Shown: piece after piece, positions 12,858-26,967 of the stretch | Position numbering within the stretch: position 1 is the first letter of the stretch | Layout of the letters: the number at the start of each line of letters is the position of its first letter | NCBI RefSeq assembly: GCF_006345805.1 | Contig: NC_042998.1 | Coordinates: 96,162,001-96,226,000, forward strand | DNA: 64,000 nt | Direction of reading: 5' to 3' | Source: Octopus sinensis | Taxonomy: Eukaryota | The notes under the pieces: generated by a model | Told to the model about the DNA's origin: nothing | Databases searched by the model: none | What the model saw: only the letters and a program-made list of their open reading frames with translations | Translations under genes and position numbers: made by a program

Positions 12858-13227
12858 ATGTAGGTTAAAATTTTTTCGAAAATAAATTGTATCAATGGGC
12901 AGCATATTAAAAAATACCTTTAAAGGTTAAAATTATAAACAACTTATAAATAAGGGCAAGCGAAAACATTTCTAATGCCGAAAATTGGACATATATATAT
13001 ATCATATATATCATATATACATAGATAGATATATATACTCCCTTTGCAGGATAGAGGACGCCGTGATGGTGTCAAGCCTTTCTGGTGACGTTGATGTTCG
13101 CCTGGGGCTAAATGCAACAGTAACACCCCCACCGCCCTGCCCTGTCCCTAGCCACATTCAAATGGCTAATGTCCCTTTTGTTATGGAGCAGTTACTGTCT
13201 ATATCTCGTTTAGAGAATTATTATTGC

Positions 13228-13277
<50 letters not shown>

Positions 13278-13279
<2 letters not shown>

Positions 13280-13404
13280 AGAGTTTACGAAAAAAACAAA
13301 AGACGAAGACAGGTGGTGTAGACAACAAACAGATGTATTAGTATAACGTTCAGGAATAGAAAAAGTCTTTTACGTTTTGAGCCTACGCTCTTCTACAGAA
13401 ATAT
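13278..13404 (-). mobile_element. Penelope-like terminal repeat; hammerhead-like motif with broken core
   Basis: Reverse-complement homologue of 28985-29150. Motif CUGUAGA-A-GAGC(guag)GCUC-AAAACGU has G12 mutated to A. Confidence 0.6.
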
Positions 13405-13427
13405 ATGCATTATATATATATATAATA

Positions 13428-13481
<54 letters not shown>

Positions 13482-14087
13482 TGTGTGTGTGTGTGTGTGT
13501 GTGTGTTTATGTGTGTGTGTGTGTGTGTGTTTGTGTGTGTGGAGAGAGATAGAGAGAGAGAGAGGGGAGAATTGATAGCTGGATGGATATATGAGTGCGT
13601 GCGCATGTATGAATGCATGTGTGTGTCTGCATGTGTGCGTGCGCGTGTATATATGCATATGTATATACACACGTATGTGTATATGCATGTAGACTCACAC
13701 ACATACAAGATGAATACACACACACACACAGAGTACACACACACGCACACACACACTCACGAAGAATGTCCAGCGTTGTCCTGGGAATAAACTATGAAGT
13801 TGGTGACCATCAAATAAAATGAGAATCATCATAATTCTGCATATTTTTCTTTTCATTAAAAATGTTAGTTACGTTTCAATAACCAACCTTTAAAGATATT
13901 ACATAATAACATCCCAGCTGTGAGAATCCAGTCAATATATTTTTCATATACACACAATGTATATGAAATGTATATCGCTTTACAATACATACATAAATAC
14001 AAACACACACACATATATGTATGTATACATGCATGTATGTATGTAAGTATGTATGTATGTATGTATGTATGTATGTATGTATGTATG

Positions 14088-14116
<29 letters not shown>

Positions 14117-14118
<2 letters not shown>

Positions 14119-14465
14119 GCCTCCCTGAAAGCCTTCAACATCGACCATGACTCTTGCGAGCAGTCTGCTCTAGATAGAGAAGGGTGGCGATCAGCTGTCC
14201 ACAAGGGTGCCAACACATACGAGGCCAATAGGATCGCTGCTGCAGAAGACCGCAGACAAGCCAGGAAGAACAGAGCTATGTAAGTATGTATGTATGTATG
14301 TAACAACCCTGTAGCAGGCGCTACCATTCCCTGTCCACACTGTCAAAGACTCTTTCGGGCGCAGATTGGCCTCACTAGCCATCTGCGGACTCACAAAACA
14401 AGCCCACCCCATCCCAGGATGACTAGATGGTCTTCGTCGCATCGACGGACAAACAACAATACAAA
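14117..14465 (+). mobile_element. RTE LINE 3' end inside a (TATG)n tract, interrupted by a TATG insert
   Basis: ASLKAFNIDHDSCEQSALDREGWRSAVHKGANTYEANRIAAAEDRRQARKNRA | NNPVAGATIPCPHCQRLFRAQIGLTSHLRTH. Confidence 0.9.
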
Positions 14466-14954
14466 ACCAATGTATGTATGTATGTATGTATGTATGTATG
14501 TATGTATGTATGTATGTATGTATGTATGTATGTATGTATGTATGTATGTATGTATGGACACACGATATATGTCTAACTTATATATGTACACACAATATAT
14601 GGGAAACAAAGGTTAACAACATGCAATAAGCATCTTTGGATTTCTGCGTTTTAAACATTGGAGACTAAGTTTCTGAGCAAATACGTAAAAATCACAAGTA
14701 CAATTTGTTTTTAATTATTCCCCATCTCCGTGTAATTCTAACCTCGAACCCTAAATTCTTAGCCTACTCCTCAACAGAATTTTTTTGCTGCAGGTTTGTA
14801 ATCTCTTATGTATTAAGCATATCGTTCAGAAATTTTTTTTTTTTAAAAGTGGGAAAAGTGTCAAAACTTTGGTTGTATATTCCAAAACGAAAATTATGAT
14901 TGGCTGACAAAATTTAAAACAACAAAAAAAAAATGAAAATTTAAAAGTTTTTTT

Positions 14955-15095
14955 TTCCCTTTCCACTGGTGAATCGCGTGCTACTAACATACATCGTCCT
15001 AAGCAATGGGTCCTAACAATTTTTACCACTGGACTCCTTTGATTCCTGTTATATTCGGCTGGACCCTCACAGCCATTCGATGTTTAAAGAAATAC
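14955..15095. repeat. Unclassified interspersed repeat (second copy about 18810-18945)
   Basis: Both copies share CCACTGGTGAATCGCGTGCTA...GGACCCTCACAGCCATTCGATGTT. Confidence 0.75.
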
Positions 15096-15115
15096 TATTA
15101 TATTTTTATAATTAA

Positions 15116-15514
15116 ACTAGCAGAATAGCCCAGCGTTGCTCGGGCTTGTTTTCTTTTCGACCCTTTAGAATTGGAATTTTTGAGAAGTAAAGATTTTGCA
15201 TCATGTAGCTTGTTATTCTCTTTTAAGTGAACATTTTTCTGGTTGAAATACACCGAAAAATGGCGACACAGTAGTCAAAAAATCGTAAAAAATAGGGATT
15301 TTCATAGAAAAAAGCACCTTTTTGATGTAAATAATTTTTTGTGTTAACATGGTCCGACTTGATTTTTTTCTTCTACGGAAGGAAGAGGAAGCCTTCTTCT
15401 ATCATACTCTCAATTTTGGTCAACTTGCGCCGCAGGGTCTCGGAGGAGATAGTGTTAGTTGAAGGCTACCAAACCTGCCATACACAGACAACTTCAGCTT
15501 TATATATAGAGAGA
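15116..15514 (+). mobile_element. Non-autonomous Helitron/Helentron-like element
   Basis: 5' ACTAGCAGAATAGCCCAGCGTTGCTCGGG (compare 3611); 3' ACAGACAACTTCAGCTTTATATATAGAG. Confidence 0.55.
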
Positions 15515-16149
15515 TATGATTAGGAATTGTATAAAAATTATACAAAAATATTTTGCGTATTGTAGAAATATAACCAGTTTATTGCACATAAATTTTAACA
15601 ACGAAATCTTAAATGGACACCCAAGGGTTGTGTAGACCACTCTGGAGAACCAATAGTCTAAAGTAGGGGGATTTTGTTGCGATGACGAAACAAATGTAAT
15701 CAGATATTCGAACTAAAATCTGGCTAAACGTATTGAGAGTGAAGATTTACGGTATTACACTTTGAATCGTTTCCCTCAAAAGGGAAAATATTTTCATTCT
15801 CTGACTCGGAAATCACATACGCATACACACAGAAAGGTAAACAAATACATATACATGAATGCAAACACACCACACACACACACAAACACACAAACACACA
15901 CACATATACCTACAGACAACTGTCTATATGTGTCTACATCTACATGTAACTCCCAGCTCCTCTACCCTGATTATAAATTCATATTTATAGCAATAACCAT
16001 TTGTGCACTTGGCTTAATCGACAAGGAGAAAAGCTAAGATTTTGAGACAAAGAGATCAGAGCTAACATGCACTTTGCAGGTACAATCTGTAAGTGGAACA
16101 ATAAAAATACTCGAAACTTTCCTAAAAGTCAATGTACAACAATTTTCGT

Positions 16150-16760
16150 TGTCCTGTTCAAATTCTCGTAAGATTGTGGATACTTCATTTTATATTTCTC
16201 CAGTCCACTCAGGTGGCAAAAATGAGTAATCCTGCGACGGACCAGGTTCCCTCCAGGGGAGCGGGGAAATGTACACTGCAAAATCCGAGAAACCGGCTTT
16301 ATGAACGCATGGCACCTTTGATGCTTTTTTCTTTTTTGGTGTGTTTAAATTCCAAGGACGGAGCGTTTGCTTCTATGTGAAAAACCAAACTTCTCTTTCT
16401 AGGAAGAATTCAAAAGTATAAAGCATAACTGAAGAACACACACACACACACACTGACGCACATCTGAATGGATGGTTCTCCGTCAGTTTCAACGAGCAAC
16501 TGAATTACCTGCTTCTGAATTAATGTGTAAGTGGCTCAGCATTTGACAGACACAGAAGCAGCGTGACACAGTGTATGCCAAAGTTGTACCTTATGAATTA
16601 CATGTACAATCCACATGACAGGCTTCTGCACAATTTCCGAGTTTTCAATTTCACTTACAAGATTTTGGGACAACTAGAAATTATATAAAATGACATCCAC
16701 CTAAGAAACCACATTGTGGGATTGAATCCAGAAAACAAACTTCTTAAACATCCAACCACA
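16150..16760. mobile_element. Cluster of decayed SINE fragments
   Basis: Partial matches to the SINE heads, bodies and tails at 45945-46255, 32587-32763 and family B. Confidence 0.5.
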
Positions 16761-16936
16761 CTGTGACTATATACATCTACATGTATAAATACACACATTC
16801 GATAAAGACATACATGTATGCCTAATTCTATGCATACACACATTCATGTACTTGTATATACAGCTTATACACATATGCAACCATACACAAACACTCACAC
16901 ACACACACACATTCGCACACATTCACAGACACACAC

Positions 16937-17105
16937 ATATCTTTCCTCACACATATGTGACCACTTCAGCGACACTTCTATCCACGTGTATCCTCCTGCT
17001 CTGTTTAGTCCATTCCCTTAACAGAACAGGAGGATACGCGTGCGATGGAAGAGTCGCTGAAGAGGTCACAGGTGTGTGATGAAAGATTTCCAGACAATGG
17101 ACATA
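16937..17105. repeat. Short imperfect fold-back element, core of the unit repeated at 18943-19878
   Basis: Near-identical to about 19130-19298. Two diverged terminal-repeat halves head to head; hammerhead-like core CTGAAGA at 17057. Confidence 0.85.
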
Positions 17106-17567
17106 TAAATGCAAGTATACAAATAGATGATTATACATACATTCAAAATGCAAACGTACATAGAATATAGACATATAAACTCGTAAAAAATACATATGTA
17201 AATCCAGACTCTAACCGCCTCTTTAGCCTCGAAACTGTAAATGTTGTAACGGCAATAATATTTGTAAGATGAAAGAAGAACAGTGGTCGAAGTTGTAAAG
17301 AAATATTTATTTTCCGTTACTTATTATAATGCCATGCCTCGAGGTGCAGGTGTGATATAATTGAAAGAGCATGCGTGGTTAAGAAAGTTAATTTCGGCCT
17401 GTATGTGTGTACACGTTCTTATAGTAACATCCACATAAACATACCTGTACACGAATACAAATTCACACATAAATATACATATTATAATACATACTCAAAC
17501 ACACCCATGTACACCTATACTTAAAAGTAAGCACGTAGAGGCAAGAGTCATGCACGAGGTATTATAT

Positions 17568-18092
17568 TGTTACGCAAGGGGTGGGACCTCCGATTCGAAC
17601 TGTTACGGAAATCCTCACACACAGGCCCGTTCGATGCAGCGAATAAGCTACCGAAACTCGTCGGAGAGAGGAGAGAGAGACACAACCGCAGCAAGGCAAC
17701 AGAGACACAGAGATACAACCGAGAGAGACACCAAAAGAGGCAAAACGGCAACACTGGCTTACATTTAACAACAGTTTATATGACAATCAATTGTTACAAC
17801 ATCAAAGCTACATCAAAGCATTTAAGGGAAACATGCACGTGACAACTCAATACATCTCCACAACAGATCAAAGTATTTAAACATGCAAGTAACAGTATAA
17901 CAGTCCGGTAACGACACAACAAGTCATATACAGTAATGTTCACGATACGTCACAGTCCAATCAGAACACTTCGATACATTATACAATGTTCGTATCACAA
18001 CAATTCACGTTACGATTCAAAGTTCATTATCGTCTACATCAGAGTCCTTCTTTTTCTCTCTTCTTTCTCTTCTTTTCTTTTACATCGTAACA
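17568..18092. mobile_element. Solo-LTR-like element (TG...CA)
   Basis: Termini TGTTACG...CGTAACA (7-bp inverted). Flanks TATAT/CGTAT differ only at a CpG. An alternative start TGTTACGG lies at 17601. Confidence 0.45.
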
Positions 18093-18942
18093 CGTATCAA
18101 TACATAATCAAATACCTTAATTCCTAATTGAATCGCCAGTGTCCCATATTGCACCTCATCTCTCTCTCAATACTGCTAACTCCAGCTTGCCAACTCTCGC
18201 ATCCCAATCCCTTGCTCCTAAAATTCCAACTCCTTGCCGACTTCCAAGATCCGTCTGTGCTCTTTGACGACCGACTACCAACTACCCAAAACCTCACTTG
18301 CTCTCTCCTTCCCACTACCCTCTCTATCTGCCCTGGTCCCTAACTGCCTATCTCTATCGCCTGCTGCTGTCACCCTTAGCCTTATACTCTCTCTCTCTCT
18401 CACTACTTTTCTTCCTCTTCTTCCCCTCATCCTCTCTTACTGCTAATATCCTCTCTATCTGCTCTCAGATTCCTTACTCCATCTTTCTCACTTCCTTCCT
18501 CCTCCTCTTCTTCAAGGGGTGTTTAGAACGACCTCTAATTCACCCGAAAGGGGTCGCAGAACCGATCAATCCACCTGAATCTGACAGGACAATGGGTTTA
18601 TCCCAAAGTAGGTCATTGCCAACTGTCCTTAGACTGAACCATTCATAGCAATATTATAGACAGAATAGTGAGTATAAATATATTTACAATACAAACGCAA
18701 AGATAAACATATATACACGTGTTCACGTATACTTGGACTTATATTTATGTAAACTACATTTTCATAAACACACAAATACAAATTCCTTTTCGTTCATGAA
18801 TTTGTTTTTTTTTCTTTCTCTCCACTGGTGAATCGCGTGCTATTAACATACATCGTCCAAAGCAGTAGTCCCCAACGAATTTCACCTCTGGACTTCTTTG
18901 ATTCCTATTTTATTCGACTGGACCCTCACAGCCATTCGATGT

Positions 18943-19877
18943 TGTTAAAAAATCTTTATTTCGTTTATGAATTTGTTTAAAGATTCCAGATGTAAAATCG
19001 TATATTGAAACAGATATTGTCATATTTCGGGACGGTCATTTGTTTTCTTGCCAAATAAACACACACACTGTATATTCTTTCTTCTCTCGTTTATTATTGT
19101 TATCATTTTATCTTATGTCCATTGTCAGAATATCTTTCCTCACACATATGTGACCACTTCAGCGACACTTCTATCCCACGTGTATCCTCCTGCCCTGTTT
19201 AGTCCATTCTCTTAACAGAACAGGAGGATACGCGTGCGATGGAAGAGTCGCTGAAGAGGTCACAGGTGTGTGATGAAAGATTTCCAGACAATGGACATAA
19301 AATAAAATGATAACAATAATAAACGAGTGAAGAACGAATATACAGTGTGTGTGTGTTTATTTGGCAAGAAAAAAATGACCATCTCGAAATATAACTATAT
19401 ATATATATTATATATATATATAGTTAATATTTTCGAGATGGTCATTTTTTTTCTTGCTAAATAAACACACACACACTGTATATTCGTTCTTCACTCGTTT
19501 ATTATTGTTATCATTTTATTTTATGTCCATTGTCTGGAAATCTTTCATCACACACCTGTGACCTCTTCAGCGACTCTTCCATCGCACGCGTATCCTCCTG
19601 TTCTGTTAAGAGAATGGACTAAACCGGGCAGGAGGATACACGTGGGATAGAAGTGTCGCTGAAGTGGTCACATATGTGTGAGGAAAGATATCCTGACAAT
19701 GGACATAAGATAAAATGATAACAATAATAAACGAGAGAAGAAAGAATATACAGTGTGTGTGTTTATTTGGCAAGAAAACAAATGACCGTCCCGAAATATG
19801 ACAATATCTGTATCAATATACGATTTTACATCTGGAATCTTTAAACAAATTCATAAACAAAATAAAGATTTTTTAAC

Positions 19878-19878
<1 letters not shown>
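18943..19878. repeat. 936-bp near-perfect palindrome centred on a (TA)n tract, each arm itself an imperfect palindrome
   Basis: Hand alignment of the arms: about 5 substitutions and 3 single-base indels over about 455 bp. Four hammerhead-like motifs (+ 19247-19289 and 19655-19697, plus their minus-strand mirrors). Confidence 0.93.
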
Positions 19879-19915
<37 letters not shown>

Positions 19916-19925
19916 GTATATATAG

Positions 19926-19957
<32 letters not shown>

Positions 19958-20005
19958 CATACTACGCCATATATTGTGTGTGTATATGTGTATATACGCA
20001 CACAC

Positions 20006-20049
<44 letters not shown>

Positions 20050-20479
20050 TATATGTGTGTGTATATATAGATATAGATATAGATAGATAAATAGGTAAAA
20101 CTTACTTGGAAAAGGATGCGTGGCGTTCAATCGTATAATAATATAAATAATATATATATGCATATATACATACGTATATACATATGCATATGTGGGCACA
20201 GGACGTTGCAAAACATAAACAACAATAATATGAAGTACGAGGAGATGGAATAAGGGCTATTTTTGCAAGCAACGAAAGAAATAGGGCAAGAAATTTTAAG
20301 TGAAGTTCATAGGGAGGGATTCTTGGAGGATGTCGAGAATTGAGAAATTCTGTTGGAAAGTGTGTAACTTGATGGAGGTGTCAACTCATCTGTAACAACA
20401 TTCTTCAGAAGATAGCTTACTAAGTCGTAGTTAAGAGTGGTGACAGCTGCATTTGTAGGTGCAAGAAGAGCCCTGTGCT

Positions 20480-20925
20480 AGCGCGCAAATATCGGCAGTT
20501 TGGAATTTGCACATGAAGCAATAACAAGGAGATTTCAAACGTCTTCAACGCCAGCAGAAAGATGGTGGAAAAGGTCAGGAAAGTGCTGGAAATATCAGAA
20601 TTCAACTACGAGGCGACAGCAGTGAGGAAACCCCATGATCGATAATCTGACGGCATCAAAACGTCAGAAGTTGACGCTGAAATCCAGGAGATCATCAACA
20701 AGGGTCCTAGAGAGTCGATGCGTGTCTGTACAGAAGGGAACGGTGTAAATGAAAAGCTCATCAGGCTGATAGTGCTTGAAGAAACTGGCTACTTTTCAGA
20801 AAAGATGAGGAAGGGAAAATTTCCGTCCAAGGCGATGTAGGAAAAACGACTCAAGTACACCAAGCTGATCAACAAGCTGAAACACCAGTTGGATCCAATA
20901 TGCTGTGGCAGGTCAGCTTATTATA
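20480..20925 (+). pseudogene. Decayed maT/DD37D-type Tc1-mariner transposase, N-terminal fragment
   Basis: RKPHDR*SDGIKTSEVDAEIQEIINKGPRESMR...KLIRLIVLEETGYFSEKMRKGKFPSKAM*EKRLKYTKLINKLKHQ matches the maT HTH/linker pattern. Two stops. Confidence 0.7.
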
Positions 20926-21186
20926 TGTGCAGTATGATATACTAACATTAAAATAACCTACGACAGTTATAACTACTCACCCTAAAAAATCCTCAAAACT
21001 TCTGGAATGCGCATCGAACGAGCGCGTATATTTGTGTAGATATCGAGGCAAAACACACAGACAGACGGACAGATGGATAGATCGATAGATAGATGTATTG
21101 ATGGATAGGTAAATAGAAAGACAGACAGATAGACAGAAAGACAGACAGACAGACAGACAGACAGATAGATAGATAGATAGATAGAT

Positions 21187-21234
<48 letters not shown>

Positions 21235-21570
21235 AAACTGTATACGTAGATTGTACGTACAAGAGTCTGTATGCATATGTTTGCGTGCATATAATCTATG
21301 CGTAGCTGACTTGATGATGATGATGATGATGATGAGGATGAGGATCATGATGATGATGGTGATGATGATATTTTTGCCTTTATTTTACAACTTTTGGGTG
21401 GAAATTTGTAAACACTTTTATTCATGAATTTGTGCATACGTATACACAGACATATCTATGCATACATATATATTTACACAAATAAGTATATATATATGTG
21501 TGTATATATATTTGTAGGTGCATGTGTAATATATATATGTTGTTGCTGTTATCATTATTATTATTATATG

Positions 21571-21640
<70 letters not shown>

Positions 21641-21662
21641 TATTATTATTATTATTATTATT

Positions 21663-21870
21663 AAGGTGGCAAGCTGGCAGAATCGTTAGCACGCTGGGCG
21701 AAATGCTTAGCGGTAATTCGTCTGCCGCTACCTTCCGAGTTCAAATTCCGCCGAGGCCGACTTTGCCTTTCAACCTTTCGGGGTCGATTAAATAAGTACC
21801 AGTTAAACACTGAGATCGTTGTAATCGTCACATCCTGTTCTCCAAAAATGGCGGCCCACGTGGCAAAATT
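21663..21870 (+). mobile_element. SINE family A (GGCGGCGAGCTGGCAG head)
   Basis: Homologous to copies at 26569, 41579, 51908 and 58045-59055; follows an (ATT)n tract. Confidence 0.88.
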
Positions 21871-21950
21871 TGAAGCCATTATTATTGTTATTGTGTGCGT
21901 GTTTGTGCATGTGCGTGTGTGTGGTGGGGGTGCCTCTGCGTGGTGTTTGT

Positions 21951-21988
<38 letters not shown>

Positions 21989-22557
21989 CATCTGTGTTCC
22001 TCGGCTGTGATTTCGTTAGGGACGAATTTACTTTTCCTTGATATTTATTTGGTTAACCAAAGGACCGAACGATCGAAACCGCGGTCAGAAGCCTCTATAC
22101 TATAATATATAATCCATGCTTATCTCGCATAAATTGACCCATTTATACGACCTTCCCTCCCTCTTACACACACACACACACACACACACTCACAAACACG
22201 CACACGCACATACGCGTGCGCGTTCACGTGCTCAGTACATATATATAATATGATTAAACAAAGACAGCCAGCAGTACAAATATATTCCTACAATAACTCG
22301 CCGTCCCTAACATAATATACAAGATTACTATAAATAGGTTCATAAACAGAGACGTGTTTGATGAACTGCGTTTGTAAGGCTGTGAGCCGCCATTTCAGGA
22401 AGGGAGTGGGATAGAACTGACAATTAAAGAATCAATAGGTTCAACAGTCAAAATAAAGCTACCATTCATTATATGTTCCATGTAAGGAAAACGTTTAAAT
22501 TTGCGCAAACAAGTGCGCGCTCACACACACACATACACGTACATACACACACGCACA

Positions 22558-22605
<48 letters not shown>

Positions 22606-22769
22606 CACGTACGCATACATATACACGCCCAATCATACACACACTGAAACACTCATGCACGCTCGCACTCGCATTCACAGGTTCATTTGAATGCACCTAC
22701 ATGGCTATGTCTGTATAAATAACGGCAGGTGCGCATGTGCGTTTGTGTATGCATGCGTACGTGTGAAAG

Positions 22770-24169
<1,400 letters not shown>

Positions 24170-24170
<1 letters not shown>

Positions 24171-24315
24171 GGTGGTTGTCTATTCCTTATGCAGAGTATG
24201 ACCTCCTGTACCTACACCTTAGAACCATCATGGCATCTGATGTGGCTTTTTAAACCTGTTCTGAAAAGACATCCAGATAGATTGCACATCCGATTTGGAT
24301 CACCAAGAGCTGCAA
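24170..24315 (-). mobile_element. RTE LINE extreme 3' end
   Basis: Minus strand encodes a C..C...[12 protein letters not shown]-type C-terminal motif followed by a short 3' UTR. Confidence 0.6.
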
Positions 24316-24339
24316 ATAACCCGCTGTGATGAGAGTGCA

Positions 24340-24555
24340 GAATTCCAAATCCTTTCTAGTATAGGCACAAGGCGTGAATTTTTTGGATATTCAACTGACC
24401 CCAGTATCTGACTCCTACTTTGCTTTATTGACCCGGAAAGGACGAAAGGCAAAGCTGACCTCGTTGGAAATTTGAATTAAGAACATAAAACCTGGAAGAA
24501 GTGCTGCTAAGCATTTTGCCTAAAGTAGTAATGATTCTGCCAGCTTGCCGCCTTT
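24340..24555 (-). mobile_element. Decayed SINE family A
   Basis: Reverse complement of the family A head, core and ...CCTTGTGCCTATA tail. Confidence 0.75.
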
Positions 24556-24814
24556 AATAATAACATTCTAACAGGTAAGGGAGAAGTGGATGGGCAAGAA
24601 AGGAAAGCAAGAATAGGGGATGCAGGTAGTTGATTGAATAAATTTTCCACCCAACTAAATTACTGTTACTTGATTTAGCGACACTACCACTGCTCACCCC
24701 AAAATCCCAGCTACCCGGCCCCATCTCATAGAAGAGAGAGCGAGAGAATATTCATAAAGGCAAAGTCAACCCCCATGCACACCCCATGGCAGGAACTGGA
24801 TTAGGAAATTGAAG

Positions 24815-25185
24815 GAAGTTCAAAATCATAGCTTTAACTGAGGTGATGCCAGCAGATGCAAGGACATCTGTATTTGGAGTAAAATAACTCCATTTATTGT
24901 TTAAAATGCGATGAAGGCATTTTTGGTGGAATTGTTCTAACAAATTAAAATGCCTTTCATAAGAAGTCCATCTTTCACAAGAATACAGCAGGGATGGTAA
25001 GACAAATGATTTGTAAAGAGCCAGCTTTATATTCTTATTTATATGTCGCTGCACCAAACGTGTGACTCCAAGCCACCAAATGCTTTTGCTGCACTTTGAA
25101 TTCGCAGGTGTAGTTCTGTATCAAGATTTCCATCATTCTGTACAGCACTTCCAAAGCAGATGAACGAATCGACAACCTTAACAAA
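24815..25185 (-). mobile_element. RTE LINE internal fragment (post-RT region)
   Basis: [34 protein letters not shown]...KLALYKSFVLPSLLYSCERWT...FHQKCLHRILNNKW. Confidence 0.85.
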
Positions 25186-25290
25186 AATACATACATACAT
25201 GCATACATACATACATATACATACATATACATATATTATATATATATATATATATAATATATATTATGTGTCTAATAATATATATATTAT

Positions 25291-25408
<118 letters not shown>

Positions 25409-25446
25409 TTTTACATATATATAATATATAATATTATATATATATA

Positions 25447-25886
25447 AGCGCAGAAGTGGCTATAGGAGTGGTAGTGTGGTAAGAAGCTTGCTTCCCAACC
25501 GCATGGGTCCAGGTCCAGTCCCACTGCGTGGCACCTTGGGCAAGTGTCTTCTACTATAGCCTCGGGCCGACCAGAGCCTTGTGAGTGGATTTGGTTGGCG
25601 GAAACTGAAAGAAGCCCGTTGTATATATATATGTATGTGTGTATGTATGTATGTATGTATGTATGTATGTATGTATGTATGTATGTAGTTGTGTGTCTGT
25701 ATTTCTAACCCCACCATCGATTCACAACCGACGTTGCGGTGTTTACGTCCCCGTAACTTAGCGGTTCGGCAAAACTGACCGATGGAATAAGTACTAGGCT
25801 TACAAAGACTAAGTCCTGGAGTCGATTTGTTCGACTAAAAGACGATGCTCCAGCATGACCGCAGTCAAATGCCTGAAACAAGTAAA
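25447..25886 (+). mobile_element. tRNA-derived SINE, family B, full length
   Basis: A/B-box-like head, internal (TATG)n, tail GATGCTCCAGCATGACCGCAGTCAAATGCCTGAAACAAGTAAA. Confidence 0.9.
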
Positions 25887-26479
25887 TATATATGTGTGTG
25901 TGTGTGTGTCCATATATGAATATATATATATATACTTATATGTATATTATATGTGTGTGTGTATACTTATATATATACATAGATATGTGAGTGTGCGTAT
26001 GTGTATATGTATGTACGTGTGTATGTGTGCACGCGCGCGTTTGTTTGGATATGTCTGTCTATAAATGAAGATACTGATATTAATATGAGTCAGCATGCTT
26101 AAACACAGACACGCATACATATCCGCATTTATACATAAATATATAATATATCAATACTTATATCAATGTTTATCCATATTTATCTCTACATCCATCTTGA
26201 CTCAGTTTCCCAGACTCGATTCATCAATCTCTTGGAATAGATGTTCTCAGCATTAAGTCTATAACAAGAAAGAATAAACATAAAGAATCAACTTCTGACA
26301 CAAGATATGTTGGTCTTGGTCTTGCGCTGCCAGTATAGTGTTCTCGGCTCTTTATCATTGTTGTTGTTGTTGTTGTTGTTGTCGTTATTATTATTATTAT
26401 TATTACTACTACTAACTATTATTATTATTATTATATTATTATTATTATTATTATTATTATATTCTACTACTACACTACT

Positions 26480-26511
<32 letters not shown>

Positions 26512-26568
26512 TTATTATTATATTATTATTAATTATTATTATTATTATTATTATTATTCTTATTATTA

Positions 26569-26965
26569 AGGCGGCGAGCTGGCAGAAACGTTAGCACGCC
26601 AGGCGAAACGCGTAGCCGTATTTCGTCTGCCGTTACGTTCTGAGTTCAAATTCCGCCGAGGTCGACTTTGTCTTTCATCCTTTCGGGGACGATAAATTAA
26701 GTACCCGTTACGCACTGGGTTCGATGTAATCGGCTTAATCCGTTTGTCTGTCTTTGTTTGTCCCCTCTGTGTTTAGCCCCTTGTGGGCAGTAAAGAAATA
26801 GGTATTTCGTTTGCCACTACGTTCTGAGTTCAAATTCCGACGATGTCGACTTTTCCTTTCATACTTTCGGAGTCGATAAACTAAGTACCAGTTATGCACT
26901 GGGGTCGATGTAATCTACTATCCCCCTTCCCCAAATTTCAGGCCTTGTGCCTATAGTTGAAAGGA
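26569..26965 (+). mobile_element. SINE family A, dimeric (head + 2 bodies, two alternative tails)
   Basis: Second body joins at AAAGAAATAG|GTATTTCGT, the same junction as in the trimer at 51908. Confidence 0.88.
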
Positions 26966-26967
26966 TT

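Noticed and set aside
21840-21865. YY1 (AAAATGGCGGC) plus E-box motifs as a promoter
   Set aside because: They lie in a mutated SINE tail, with no CpG island or downstream exon.
22052-22090. Hammerhead-like 3' half (GACC..GATC-GAA-ACCGCGGT-C)
   Set aside because: Palindromic stem III and GAAA are present, but there is no recognisable CUGANGA-type core or stem I; too degenerate to call.
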